Sequence record: MH791400.1
From: Escherichia phage EcSzw-2
DNA: 64,000 nucleotides
Strand: one strand, 5' to 3'
A program made the translations under genes and the position numbers. How positions within the stretch are numbered: position 1 is the first letter of the stretch; every line of letters begins with the position of its first letter. The notes under the pieces are model-generated. The model was given only the letters and a program-made list of their open reading frames with translations. It was not told where the DNA came from and made no database searches. Shown here piece by piece: positions 9,402-18,789 of the stretch.

Positions 9402-10253
9402 TTAATCTTCAGTATCGAAATCTTCTTCGTCGTCGTCATCTGGGTCTGGCATATCATCGTCGTCATCGTCAGAGTTTGTATCTTCAGAATCCTTCGCATC
9501 TTCTTCGGTGATTTCACCGTTATCTTCAACGCCATCCAGACCAAGCAGAGCCAGTTCATCTTCATCAAGTTCAGGCTCACCGTTACCACCTGTACCACCA
9601 GTGTACGGAACCAGAGTATCAATGATAAACTGTTCCTGAATCGGCTTAGTCAGAACGTTGCTTTCAAAAGTGTAGAAGTGAGTTGCAAGAATCACACTAC
9701 CAAATGAACCGTTACCGACTGCGATATCTGGGTGAATAACATCATAAGTTTTGTCGTCATCGTGTTTGTCAGAATGTTGAGCCTTGATTTTCTTCATCGG
9801 CTGTTTAACTGCAACACGCTTACCGTTAACTTCTTCAATCAGCATAACAGGGAATGACTGTTTCGCTGTCCAGACTGCACCATCTTTATAAGCAGCAGCA
9901 CGACTTACTTTCAGAATGTGATAAGTGTCTGCTTCGAATGGTGGTTTGCAACCAAACTTCTCTTCGAAGTCATCTGCATCAACTGCTTCAGTTGTAACCT
10001 TATCCCAACCGTCAGGATTCTTTTTAGACTTGGTGAACTCTTTGAAGAGTTTGTTACCGTCTTTTGCCAGAATCGAAACGCTGTAGTTGCAGTCCTTGCC
10101 TGGGAATTTCTTATCAACTGACTTACCTTTTCCCGGACGTGGGATAGTATTCAGGTAGTAGAACCAAACATCTTTCAGCAAATAACGCAGAGTCTGACGT
10201 TCAGTACCGTTGTATTTTTCTACCGGAGATTTCATTTTAACAACTTTAGACAT
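9402..10253 (-). CDS. putative ssDNA-binding protein with acidic C-terminal tail; ORF track extends to 10319 but start at 10253 (MSKVVKMK...) has the better SD
   Basis: Strongly acidic C-terminus (DDDDDDMPDPDDDDEEDFDTED) as in T4 gp32 / T7 gp2.5; GAGGA 8 nt upstream of ATG at 10251-10253; sits inside the replication cluster. Family not confirmed. Confidence 0.4.
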   Translation of the reverse strand: MSKVVKMKSPVEKYNGTERQTLRYLLKDVWFYYLNTIPRPGKGKSVDKKFPGKDCNYSVSILAKDGNKLFKEFTKSKKNPDGWDKVTTEAVDADDFEEKFGCKPPFEADTYHILKVSRAAAYKDGAVWTAKQSFPVMLIEEVNGKRVAVKQPMKKIKAQHSDKHDDDKTYDVIHPDIAVGNGSFGSVILATHFYTFESNVLTKPIQEQFIIDTLVPYTGGTGGNGEPELDEDELALLGLDGVEDNGEITEEDAKDSEDTNSDDDDDDMPDPDDDDEEDFDTED

Positions 10254-10472
10254 TCTTAAATCCTCTTTCTCAAAATTATTTCTTTCAAACTTGAAGGAGT
10301 ACAATCTTACAGACTTCATACTCCCTTGTCAAACACTTTTAAGCAGATTTTTTAGCTGCTTTACGTGCTGTCTTACCAGTGCGAACACGTTTTGCTTCGT
10401 AGTGTGCAGCAGATTTACCAGCAGTTGCTTTCAGTGAATCGCCAAATACTTTTTCAAACGCTTTAGAATGTT

Positions 10473-10754
10473 TCATACAACTCTCCGATAAATTTCGTAT
10501 TCAAATGTTTTGTCAGTCAACTTAAACATATATCCAGTATCATTGTCAACAGAAACTAAGATTCCATCAAGGCCAATCTCAAGCTCTCTGTGCTCTAACT
10601 CAACCGTATGCCCTTCGTTGATGAGTACTTTACAGAAATCGTCTATACGAGTCAAGCACTCTTTTTTAAATTCTACTGAATTTGTTTCTTCATAGAAGGG
10701 CGTAAAGCCCTCCTTAAGATACGCATCAGTCAGTTTCAAAAGGGCAGTCATCAT
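10473..10754 (-). CDS. hypothetical protein (93 aa)
   Basis: ORF track; overlaps stop of primase-helicase gene. Confidence 0.4.
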   Translation of the reverse strand: MMTALLKLTDAYLKEGFTPFYEETNSVEFKKECLTRIDDFCKVLINEGHTVELEHRELEIGLDGILVSVDNDTGYMFKLTDKTFEYEIYRRVV

Positions 10755-12723
10755 CTTCTCCGTCTTCGTTTAATACTGGTGGAATAGTAGAACTTTGACG
10801 TTGCTCTTGAGTGTAAATCTCTCCAGTATCACGGTCAAAGACTTCATCATCATAATGCGGCATAGAGTCATCGTAGTGGTCATCGGCTTCACCAATACCA
10901 AACTGCTGACGAATATTCTCTGCTGCACCATCAATATCAACACCACTGCCAGCAGCCTTGATAAGACGGCCTGTATCTGGATTATACCAAGTGTGACCAG
11001 CAATACCAGTTGACTTACCATGACGACGACATTTCGTTAACTTGATTTTGGTCAAGTTTTTCTTAACAGGGTCTGGGTCAACCTTGTTACGCATTAACAG
11101 AATGTTGTTCATGGAAATCTGGAAGTATGCACCAGAACCCTTGATATCCTCTTCAGAAATATCACCACCTTCAGAGTTAGCTTTCTGACCACCTGCACTC
11201 TTACGAACGTGACAGACGTTTACCTGTGCATATTGGTAACGCTTGCAACGACGCAACAGTTCAGACAATACTTCTTCTTCATCCGTATCAGAACGTGACA
11301 GAGCCAGTGTGATAGGGTCAAGAATAATAATCTTACAGTCTAAGCTGTTAACCAGATAGTCAACAAACTCTAACAGGTTATCTTGGTCGATTGCCCCTTG
11401 GTGGTCAACGATATGAATACGACGACCAGCAGACAACTCAGCATGTGCAACCTTGATTTCATCCCAATTACGTTCATCGTAAGGAATCTCTGAAATCTGT
11501 TTGCTAAGGTGAATTGCACAGAGCATCTCCATTAACTCTTCATAAGTATCTTCTACAGGAATTACACCGATATTGTAATCAGTTTCCTTCCAAGCAGTAT
11601 AAATCATTTCACGAGTGTAAGCTGATTTACCTACTGAAGATGGTGCTGCCAGAGTTGTAATCTCACCTAAACCATAACCGCCATAAGTTAGTCTATTCAA
11701 GTCTCCGAAGGATTCTGGGAATGGAATCAGTGGAATCTGACCACGATTCTTCATTGCCTCAAAACCATCTGCGAAGTTCTTGATACCAGCAGGGCAGTAA
11801 CGAGGTGCATTATAGATACGCTGTTTAAATCCTTCCAGCACTGTATCTTTCTCTTTATAAAACTTAGTCCACCATTCGTTAAGGTCTTTGACACCTTCTG
11901 GATACTGGAATAAGCGAACCTTCTCAATCGGAAGGATACCAGCAGCCTCTTTAGTGGCTTTTGCACCTGCTTCATCATTATCAAAGCACAGGTAAATCTC
12001 ATCAAACGATGTGATGTACTGGTAGTTATCCTTGATAGACTTAATGTTTGCACCTGATGGAACAGATACGTGACAGTAATTCTTACGGCGAGACTTGTCT
12101 TTAATTGCAAGAGAAGTCATGTAGATTGCTGTAGCACATTCCATCTCACCTTCCCAGATGAATAGACGGTTACCACCTTCTGGAGCAATCCATGAACCGA
12201 ACATTGCCAGTTCACCTTTGATATCACCTACGCCACCAGAGAAGTCTTTCAGCTTGCCACGAAGATGTTCTTTCGGATGGTCTTCTGGGTAACGGTGACG
12301 AACACGGTAGCCTACATGCTCAAGCTTTCCATTTTCATCTTTCTTGTAAGTTGGGTAAAAGTGCGCATCAATCTCACCTTCACCATCTACATCAACCTTA
12401 ATACCAAGACGGTCAAGCACCTTTGCAGGAATCTTACGGTCTTTCAAATCCATTGCTTCAAGGTTGTCTTTTACATCGTCTAAATCCATACCACGGAAGG
12501 TACGATTTTTGTTGTCTGAACCTGTAGAATAAGTACTCACAATTTGCCCTTTATCAAAATCCCACTCTGGAAAACCTTTGTTGCAACTAAAGCAAGTCAT
12601 CGAATAAGAATCATCGTCATGATGATAGATTGAACCAGCATCTGATGAACCACACTTAGGGCAAGCACAATGACCAACAAACTGACCAGCTTCCTTCAAT
12701 TTACGACCTTTAGACATTAGCAC
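10726..12723 (-). CDS. bifunctional DNA primase-helicase (T7 gp4-like)
   Basis: 665 aa; N-terminal zinc-ribbon CxxC...CxxC (CACPKCG...CFSCNK), TOPRIM-like acidic motif (LCFDNDEAGAKA), DnaB/RecA-type Walker A (APSSVGKSAYT) and Walker B (IIILDP). Confidence 0.8.
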   Translation of the reverse strand: MLMSKGRKLKEAGQFVGHCACPKCGSSDAGSIYHHDDDSYSMTCFSCNKGFPEWDFDKGQIVSTYSTGSDNKNRTFRGMDLDDVKDNLEAMDLKDRKIPAKVLDRLGIKVDVDGEGEIDAHFYPTYKKDENGKLEHVGYRVRHRYPEDHPKEHLRGKLKDFSGGVGDIKGELAMFGSWIAPEGGNRLFIWEGEMECATAIYMTSLAIKDKSRRKNYCHVSVPSGANIKSIKDNYQYITSFDEIYLCFDNDEAGAKATKEAAGILPIEKVRLFQYPEGVKDLNEWWTKFYKEKDTVLEGFKQRIYNAPRYCPAGIKNFADGFEAMKNRGQIPLIPFPESFGDLNRLTYGGYGLGEITTLAAPSSVGKSAYTREMIYTAWKETDYNIGVIPVEDTYEELMEMLCAIHLSKQISEIPYDERNWDEIKVAHAELSAGRRIHIVDHQGAIDQDNLLEFVDYLVNSLDCKIIILDPITLALSRSDTDEEEVLSELLRRCKRYQYAQVNVCHVRKSAGGQKANSEGGDISEEDIKGSGAYFQISMNNILLMRNKVDPDPVKKNLTKIKLTKCRRHGKSTGIAGHTWYNPDTGRLIKAAGSGVDIDGAAENIRQQFGIGEADDHYDDSMPHYDDEVFDRDTGEIYTQEQRQSSTIPPVLNEDGEDDDCPFETD

Positions 12724-12907
12724 CTCTGCGTTTTAGTTCTGCTTTCAAGCCATTTTCAATCTTGTCTAGCTCGTGAATCTCTTCTGCAATCTCTTTCCGT
12801 CTTGAAGCGACCCTTTCAAGTCGCTCCATCATAACTTCTTTGGAAAGAGATGAGAGTTCCACCGAACGATGGTCAACGACTTCTAAATTATTTACTCTCA
12901 TCTTCAT
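12710..12907 (-). CDS. small hypothetical protein (65 aa)
   Basis: ORF track only. Confidence 0.3.
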   Translation of the reverse strand: MKMRVNNLEVVDHRSVELSSLSKEVMMERLERVASRRKEIAEEIHELDKIENGLKAELKRRGANV

Positions 12908-12912
12908 CTCTC

Positions 12913-13656
12913 TTATTTAATGATAATAGCTTTCAGCTTATTTTCGAGGTCTTCAAGACTACCATTGTTTTGAATAATGTCACGTTCAAATTTGGTAGAA
13001 ATCCCATTTTCTGATTTATGTGATGAAACCTTAACCAGATTGTCTCTTTTTACCTCAATGATTTGGCTGTCAAAAGACTTTAAGAACTCTGCTTCGTGGT
13101 CAAATCGCAAGTCACTAATCAGTGCAATACCATACTGGTTAGCTTTTGAGCATGATTCAAAGAACCTTTCCATTCTCTCTGCAAGGTCACGAATCCAGAA
13201 CTTCTCTCCAAGAACCTTCCTGACAACTTCAGTTCCCCAGATTTGTTGAATCTGACGTGAAGAGAACTTATAGGTTTTACTAAGCCCCATTCTGGTTAGC
13301 AGAGTAGGTTTAGCAACCTTCTTTAGTTCCATGATTAATCGTCCAGTTAGTTCACCACATAACTTAACGTCAAGGTGTAAGTTTTTGTGTGGGAATACCT
13401 GTTCAAGTGACCATTGAACTGCAAAGTACAGGTCAGAGAATCTTAAGTTGAACTTTTGAGGTGTCTCTTTAGTTTCACCATACAAATCATTCCAGTCAAG
13501 CCCAAAAATGTATGCAGCAGATTCTTTTAAACTATCTGCAAAAGCAAAGATGTGAACGTTGTAACCTTCCTCTTCTTGAAGGAAGTTCTTTGTCAACATG
13601 CAGGAAGTGTCCTTACCAGAACGAGCCTTTCCAGTAAATGCAATAATACTTTTCAT
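12913..13656 (-). CDS. deoxynucleoside monophosphate kinase (T4 gp1-like)
   Basis: N-terminus MKSIIAFTGKARSGKDTSC resembles T4 dNMP kinase MKLIFLSGVKRSGKDTT (P-loop); 247 aa. Confidence 0.7.
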   Translation of the reverse strand: MKSIIAFTGKARSGKDTSCMLTKNFLQEEEGYNVHIFAFADSLKESAAYIFGLDWNDLYGETKETPQKFNLRFSDLYFAVQWSLEQVFPHKNLHLDVKLCGELTGRLIMELKKVAKPTLLTRMGLSKTYKFSSRQIQQIWGTEVVRKVLGEKFWIRDLAERMERFFESCSKANQYGIALISDLRFDHEAEFLKSFDSQIIEVKRDNLVKVSSHKSENGISTKFERDIIQNNGSLEDLENKLKAIIIK

Positions 13657-13675
13657 ATAACATTATCTCCATACG

Positions 13676-13705
13676 AAAAAGCCCCCAATTAAGGAGGCTT
13701 TGGGA
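13676..13705 (-). terminator. hairpin plus U-run on minus strand
   Basis: AGCCTCC-ttaatt-GGGGGCT followed by UUUUU on minus. Confidence 0.4.
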
Positions 13706-13716
13706 AAACAATTCTA

Positions 13717-14520
13717 TTAGTGAATCTGCGTAGAATCAAGCTTTTCTTTATCAGACAGAGCCTGAATAGTTGCTACAAACTCATCACCGAAGTGGATAGC
13801 AATCTTATCTTGAAGAACTGCTGCACCAGTTTGCATAATCACTTCACGAAGTGCTTCACCACTTACGTTACCAGCAATCTGCTCTACAAACTCAATAGGT
13901 GCATCAATCAAACCTGCAACTTCAAACAGAGCGTGAATGCTCATAACAGTGATGATTGAAGGAACCAGAGCAGTCAGTTTGACCTGAATCTCATCAAGGC
14001 CACGTTCAGCTTCGTTGTCAACAACCTCTTGGAGTTGCTCTTTAGTCAGCTTCACCATTTCCTGTGAACGTTCAAAGATATCTGCAAAGCCCCAATCCAG
14101 TTTTTCATAACGTGGAAGTTTCTCTTGAATACGCTTCTCAAGTACAGCCATCACACTAGCAATGGAGTTGATAATCAGGTTGAACGTATCATCTTCAGTG
14201 AAGTCAAGCAGTGATTCTTTCTCTTCTTCAGAGAGAACCTTGTAGTCACCAGTTTGCATCTTATCAAAGATGTAGCCTGTAAAGGCATCTACACCAACAG
14301 CTACTGAAGCCAGAGCCAGTTGACGGTTATTCAGAAGCAGTTCAACCTGTGAGCGAAATGCTGTCTCATCAGAGATTTCTGCATTAGCCTGATAGGATTC
14401 AGGAGTTGCTTGTGAACTGAAGGTATTACTACGCATAACAATAGCAAGGCTTTCAACAGTGTTCAGCATAAAGTTGCTATCAATACCTTTAGCTGCCAGC
14501 ATTTCATTTACAGTAGTCAT
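13717..14520 (-). CDS. hypothetical acidic protein (267 aa)
   Basis: ORF track; first or second gene of the leftward operon; no motif recognised. Confidence 0.45.
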   Translation of the reverse strand: MTTVNEMLAAKGIDSNFMLNTVESLAIVMRSNTFSSQATPESYQANAEISDETAFRSQVELLLNNRQLALASVAVGVDAFTGYIFDKMQTGDYKVLSEEEKESLLDFTEDDTFNLIINSIASVMAVLEKRIQEKLPRYEKLDWGFADIFERSQEMVKLTKEQLQEVVDNEAERGLDEIQVKLTALVPSIITVMSIHALFEVAGLIDAPIEFVEQIAGNVSGEALREVIMQTGAAVLQDKIAIHFGDEFVATIQALSDKEKLDSTQIH

Positions 14521-14521
14521 A

Positions 14522-14944
14522 TTAATTCTCTCTCATTTTGTTAAGTGTTTGTCGTGATAACTTTAAGCTTTCTGTAGAGGAAAAGTCAAGAACTTTTTCA
14601 GACCTTGGGAAGTAATGTCTATCCCATGAACTTTCTACATCGCTAATCAGTGTTGCTAGGTTATCTAAGTCTGTTCCGTTTTGCAACTTCTTTTTTAAAG
14701 AATCTATCAAGAAGAGTGTATCTTTAGCTTTACGCCTCTCAGCCGATATCTCCTTCATATGCTCAAAGACTGAACATTTCATTCTTTCGTCGTAACCTTC
14801 GGAGAGTTCAATCTCATGTTGAACATCAACCATTCGACGATGATGGTAAGCGTATTCTTTTTGAGCAGCAATGTCAAGTTCTTCCAACTTTTTTAAAGCT
14901 CTCATGAAGTCAGCTATGTCTGGGTGAACAAACATTCTCTGCAT
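14522..14944 (-). CDS. hypothetical protein (140 aa)
   Basis: ORF track; first gene downstream of divergent control region. Confidence 0.45.
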   Translation of the reverse strand: MQRMFVHPDIADFMRALKKLEELDIAAQKEYAYHHRRMVDVQHEIELSEGYDERMKCSVFEHMKEISAERRKAKDTLFLIDSLKKKLQNGTDLDNLATLISDVESSWDRHYFPRSEKVLDFSSTESLKLSRQTLNKMREN

Positions 14945-15125
14945 AATGCCCTCTTTTAAGTACCTATTAAACTTAATCTGTTTTCTTTACGTATTCTATA
15001 CGTATAACTTTAAAGCTTCTTAAAAGCTATTAAAAATCTTTTAAGGGTTTTAAAGAAACTGTATAGTTAATCTGTAAAGGGAGTCTTTTAAGTTAAAACC
15101 CACTTCGCAAAGATTAACACCTTGT

Positions 15126-15146
15126 CAAGTGAATTGTCAACTTGCT
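15126..15146. promoter_or_regulatory. tandem TTGTCAAG / TTGTCAAC motif (12-bp register) in divergent control region
   Basis: CTTGTCAAGTgaaTTGTCAACttg; near-identical element at 55922-55943; reads TTGACA on the minus strand. Confidence 0.4.
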
Positions 15147-15201
15147 TTTTGAAACTTTTTGCAGTAATGTATTGAGTCAATGATTTTGAGAGGGAGTAAA
15201 A

Positions 15202-17901
15202 ATGGAAAACGTAGATTTTGAAAACTTGCACTTGGTAGGTGATACCGAAACTGATGGGTTACTCCTTGAGTTCACAAAAGCACACGTAATGGCATTTGCA
15301 GATTACAAAGATGACAGTGACGAACCTGCTGTGTGGGTCTTCACCGATGAACCTATTCTTGGTCACAAATGCACTAAGTATATTAAAGGTGGTCTTCGTG
15401 AAGGTGTAGAGTTTGCTCTTAAGGCAAAGCGTCTCTGCATTCATAACGGTCTTGGCTATGACTGGTGGGTGTTCAATCACATTGCACCGGACTTATGGAA
15501 CTTTGACAATCCAAAGTGTAAACCTTGGGGAGACTTCTTTCAGGATTCTCTTATCCAGTCTCGTGTTCAGTGGATGGATAGACCTACACCGAAAGGTTAT
15601 AAAGGTGCTCATGGTTTGGCTGCGTGGGGTGCTCGTGTTGGTGTTCGTAAACCAGAGATTGAAGAATGGGGTGTTTGGAATGCTGATATTCTGAACCGTG
15701 TTGTTGAGGATATTCGAATCAACGCCAAAACTAAACGTGCTCTTGATAACGAATACCTGAAGTTGAAGAAGTGTGGTGTAGATACTTACGAAACCTACAT
15801 GCGAGCTAAAGAAACATCTTTCTGGATGAGTCAGCAAGCTATCAACGGTTGGAAAGCTGATATTGAACTTATGCAGTTCCATGTCAAAGAACTTGACAGA
15901 ATGACTGATGAGTTAGCTGCTGAAGTTGAGCCTCATCTGCCACCGACTATCAAGACGAAAGGTAAAGTCACTGGTGAAGAGTTTGCAAAAGCTTGGAACG
16001 AGTATGTTGAGACATTTGGTAAAGCAGATGGTCTGAAGCGCATCACTAAGTATCCAAAAACTAAGTTCCGTCAGCAGGTTCGTAATGGTGAGATGCAGAC
16101 TTACGCTATCAAACCTTTTGGTAAACCAACTACCAAGATTTTCAACATTGAGAAGCGTAACTGCTACACTCCAACTAACACGGTTACTGGAGAAGAGTAC
16201 AAAGAAGGCTTCGTGGCAATGAAAGATGCTCGTGCAGTTTGTAACAAGTTGAATGCTGCGATTGATAAGAAGTGCAAAGACTGGAAACCAGTTAAGACCG
16301 TGAAGACTGTGAAGTACTACAATAATCACGTAGTAAATCACTTTGAACTTGAGTCAAGTCGTTACACAGGTTTGATTGATGCACCTTATACACCAATTGA
16401 GTTCGAAGTTTCACGCATGACTCAGGTTGCGGTTGTGAAGGATTATCTGAAAACTCTTGGCTGGATTCCTGATGACTGGAACTACAAGAAAGATTCTGAT
16501 GGTCGTCCGGTGAAGGTTTGTCGCTTCAAAGATAACAAGAAGATGATTCGTAAACATCCGAAATGGCAAGAGATGGTAGACCGTTGCGGATTGAATTACG
16601 TTGAGCATGAAGGTGTACAGTACATCGAACACAACTGGTCTGTGAAGAAGTACACAGATTTGCTTGAACCTTGCTTGATTCGTACTTCACCGAAACTGAC
16701 TGAATCTTCTTACGATACGATTGAAGGTGAACTTGGACAGAAGATTGCGAAGTACTATACTTTGATGCACCGACGCAGAACTATCGAGAACTCAAAGGAT
16801 GATGAAAAGGGTTGGTTAAACCAGATTCGTCCAGATGGTCGTTTGAGTGCTGGTGCAATGGTGTTTGGTACTTCAACTGGACGTATGACACAATACGGAA
16901 TTGTGAACGTACCTTCTGGGGCTGCTGTTTACGGTGAACCAATGAGGGCAGTCTGGATTTGTGAAGAAGGAGCCAACGTAGTCTCCGTTGATATGAACTC
17001 TGCACAGCTTGTTCTACTGTGTAACTTTATGGGTGATAAAGAGTTCACAAAAGCGGTAACTCAGGGTAAAGAAGAGATTGAGTTTATCCGTCAGGAAGAT
17101 GGCAGATACTACTGCAAACACTTTGACGAATACCTGAATCCAGAAGTTGATAAGTATCTGCGTTATGACTCTGAAAACGACTTGTACGTAGTTTACTCAG
17201 GTACTGATGCGCATACACTGAACAGTATCTACTTCAGCTTGAACGAAGAACAAGATATCCTGACTTGTCGTATGACTCAGGATGAGAATCTTCTTCACGA
17301 AATCAGTAAAGGCCGTAAGAAAGCTAAGAACGGTATCTATGCGTTACTGTTCGGTGCTGGCGATGAGAAGTTTGCTAAGACGATTAAAGCTGCGACTACT
17401 CAGGAAGGTGCATTGACTAAACAGACTTACTTTGTTCGCTTGCCGAAGATTAAGAAACTGTTAGATGACTTGGAAGCTGACTTTAAAGCGACTAAGAAAG
17501 CACTTGAAGAGGTGTTTGGTAAGACTGCTGCAATTGCTAAAGGTGGTTTTGTCAAGGTTGCTGGAGCATGGTTGTGGTGTAAGTCTCCACACAAACTGTT
17601 GAACTACTTGCTGATGGGTTCAGAAGCACAAGTTCAGAATGAAGCAATCAACCTTGCATGTCGTCGTATGATTGATGAAGGTTTGATGAAGTTGAATGGT
17701 CGTAAGCCAGCTATCGGTGCTCGTTTACTTTGTGCATATCACGATGAAACAAGTTGGGAATGTCCAGAGAGCATGACAGCAGAAGTTAAGGCTGTAACTG
17801 ACTGGTACTACGGACAAGCTTCTAAGAACTTAGGGCTTCGTAAAGAAACTCTGGTAACAGGGACTGGTAAAGTTGGTAAGTCTTGGTTGGAAGTTCACTA
17901 A
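15202..17901 (+). CDS. DNA polymerase, family A (T7 gp5-like) with 3'-5' exonuclease domain
   Basis: 899 aa; Exo motifs VGDTETDGL and HNGLGYDWWVF; YTPIEFEVSRMTQ..., GTSTGRMTQYGIVNVPSG, YALLFGAGDEK and YHDETSWEC parallel T7 DNA polymerase motifs as I recall them. Confidence 0.9.
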   Translation: MENVDFENLHLVGDTETDGLLLEFTKAHVMAFADYKDDSDEPAVWVFTDEPILGHKCTKYIKGGLREGVEFALKAKRLCIHNGLGYDWWVFNHIAPDLWNFDNPKCKPWGDFFQDSLIQSRVQWMDRPTPKGYKGAHGLAAWGARVGVRKPEIEEWGVWNADILNRVVEDIRINAKTKRALDNEYLKLKKCGVDTYETYMRAKETSFWMSQQAINGWKADIELMQFHVKELDRMTDELAAEVEPHLPPTIKTKGKVTGEEFAKAWNEYVETFGKADGLKRITKYPKTKFRQQVRNGEMQTYAIKPFGKPTTKIFNIEKRNCYTPTNTVTGEEYKEGFVAMKDARAVCNKLNAAIDKKCKDWKPVKTVKTVKYYNNHVVNHFELESSRYTGLIDAPYTPIEFEVSRMTQVAVVKDYLKTLGWIPDDWNYKKDSDGRPVKVCRFKDNKKMIRKHPKWQEMVDRCGLNYVEHEGVQYIEHNWSVKKYTDLLEPCLIRTSPKLTESSYDTIEGELGQKIAKYYTLMHRRRTIENSKDDEKGWLNQIRPDGRLSAGAMVFGTSTGRMTQYGIVNVPSGAAVYGEPMRAVWICEEGANVVSVDMNSAQLVLLCNFMGDKEFTKAVTQGKEEIEFIRQEDGRYYCKHFDEYLNPEVDKYLRYDSENDLYVVYSGTDAHTLNSIYFSLNEEQDILTCRMTQDENLLHEISKGRKKAKNGIYALLFGAGDEKFAKTIKAATTQEGALTKQTYFVRLPKIKKLLDDLEADFKATKKALEEVFGKTAAIAKGGFVKVAGAWLWCKSPHKLLNYLLMGSEAQVQNEAINLACRRMIDEGLMKLNGRKPAIGARLLCAYHDETSWECPESMTAEVKAVTDWYYGQASKNLGLRKETLVTGTGKVGKSWLEVH

Positions 17902-17963
17902 TTAATGTTGACAGGGTGCTCATGGAAGAGTACCTTATGCAACATATCGTATAGGAGAACTCT

Positions 17964-18173
17964 ATGAGCCATCGTGGTCGGACTCACCTTGCAATGATGA
18001 AAGGTGCTTCAAAGGAGACTATCAAGAACCGTAAGCAGAAGTTGTTTGAGAGAATGAACAGACTCATTGACAACACTTCTCTTTCTGGTAGTGAGAAGGT
18101 TTTCTTGAAAGGAAATCTGAAGAGTATTGCACAGGAACTTATGGATATTGAATTTTGGAGAAACCAAAAATGA
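17964..18173 (+). CDS. hypothetical protein (69 aa)
   Basis: ORF track; GGAG SD upstream. Confidence 0.4.
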   Translation: MSHRGRTHLAMMKGASKETIKNRKQKLFERMNRLIDNTSLSGSEKVFLKGNLKSIAQELMDIEFWRNQK

Positions 18174-18382
18174 CTTATGAAGAAGCTGTTGAAGCAATGA
18201 AGCAAGGTAAGAAAGTTCGTAACGAGAACTTCACATCTGATGAGTTCTTTGAAATGAAAGATGGAAAGATTGTCTGTGAAATGGGTTACCCGATGGCTTC
18301 ATGGTATCGTGGCCTTGATTGGCAGAAATCTGGGTGGAGTATTGTGCAAGATTCTCCAAAAGCATCTGACTTATTCTTTTAA
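18155..18382 (+). CDS. hypothetical protein (75 aa)
   Basis: ORF track; ATGA-type overlap with upstream ORF. Confidence 0.4.
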   Translation: MEKPKMTYEEAVEAMKQGKKVRNENFTSDEFFEMKDGKIVCEMGYPMASWYRGLDWQKSGWSIVQDSPKASDLFF

Positions 18383-18392
18383 GGAAAACCCT

Positions 18393-18599
18393 ATGCAAGT
18401 TTTAGTAAACTATATCTACCGTTATGATGTTGTTCACTCCACTACAACGGTAGCTCAACGTAATCCAATTGTGCCACGAGAAGGTGAATGGGTTCGTATT
18501 GAAGGTTGGACTTACACTGTAGAGAACATCATTCACAAGTTTGATGTTGCTGGTGATGTTCAGGTTATTGATGTAGAAATTGGTGGGAAGAGAAAATGA
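18393..18599 (+). CDS. hypothetical protein (68 aa); start chosen at MQVLVNY, not the longer overlapping ORF
   Basis: AAGGAAAA SD 6 nt upstream of ATG at 18393; the track ORF 18261-18599 would overlap the previous gene. Confidence 0.4.
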   Translation: MQVLVNYIYRYDVVHSTTTVAQRNPIVPREGEWVRIEGWTYTVENIIHKFDVAGDVQVIDVEIGGKRK

Positions 18600-18787
18600 G
18601 TAAAGAAGATAAATTCAAGAATGCTGTAAGAACTGAAGATGGAAAAGTTGAGTCTTTCACTCTTAAAGTTGGTGGCAAACCATTCCATTGCCGTTGTGGA
18701 GCAAACTGTTTCCATAAACCTAACAAAGATGATTTAGAACTTTACACATGTAACTCATGTGACACTTGGTATCATTCTGGAGATTGA
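18596..18787 (+). CDS. small zinc-ribbon protein (63 aa)
   Basis: CRCGANC...CNSCDTWYH four-Cys arrangement. Confidence 0.4.
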   Translation: MSKEDKFKNAVRTEDGKVESFTLKVGGKPFHCRCGANCFHKPNKDDLELYTCNSCDTWYHSGD

Positions 18788-18789
18788 GG

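Noticed and set aside
9402-10319. Using the full track ORF (start 10319) for the SSB-like gene
   Set aside because: The upstream ATG lacks an SD and adds an atypical 22-residue extension; the internal ATG at 10253 has GAGGA at appropriate spacing.
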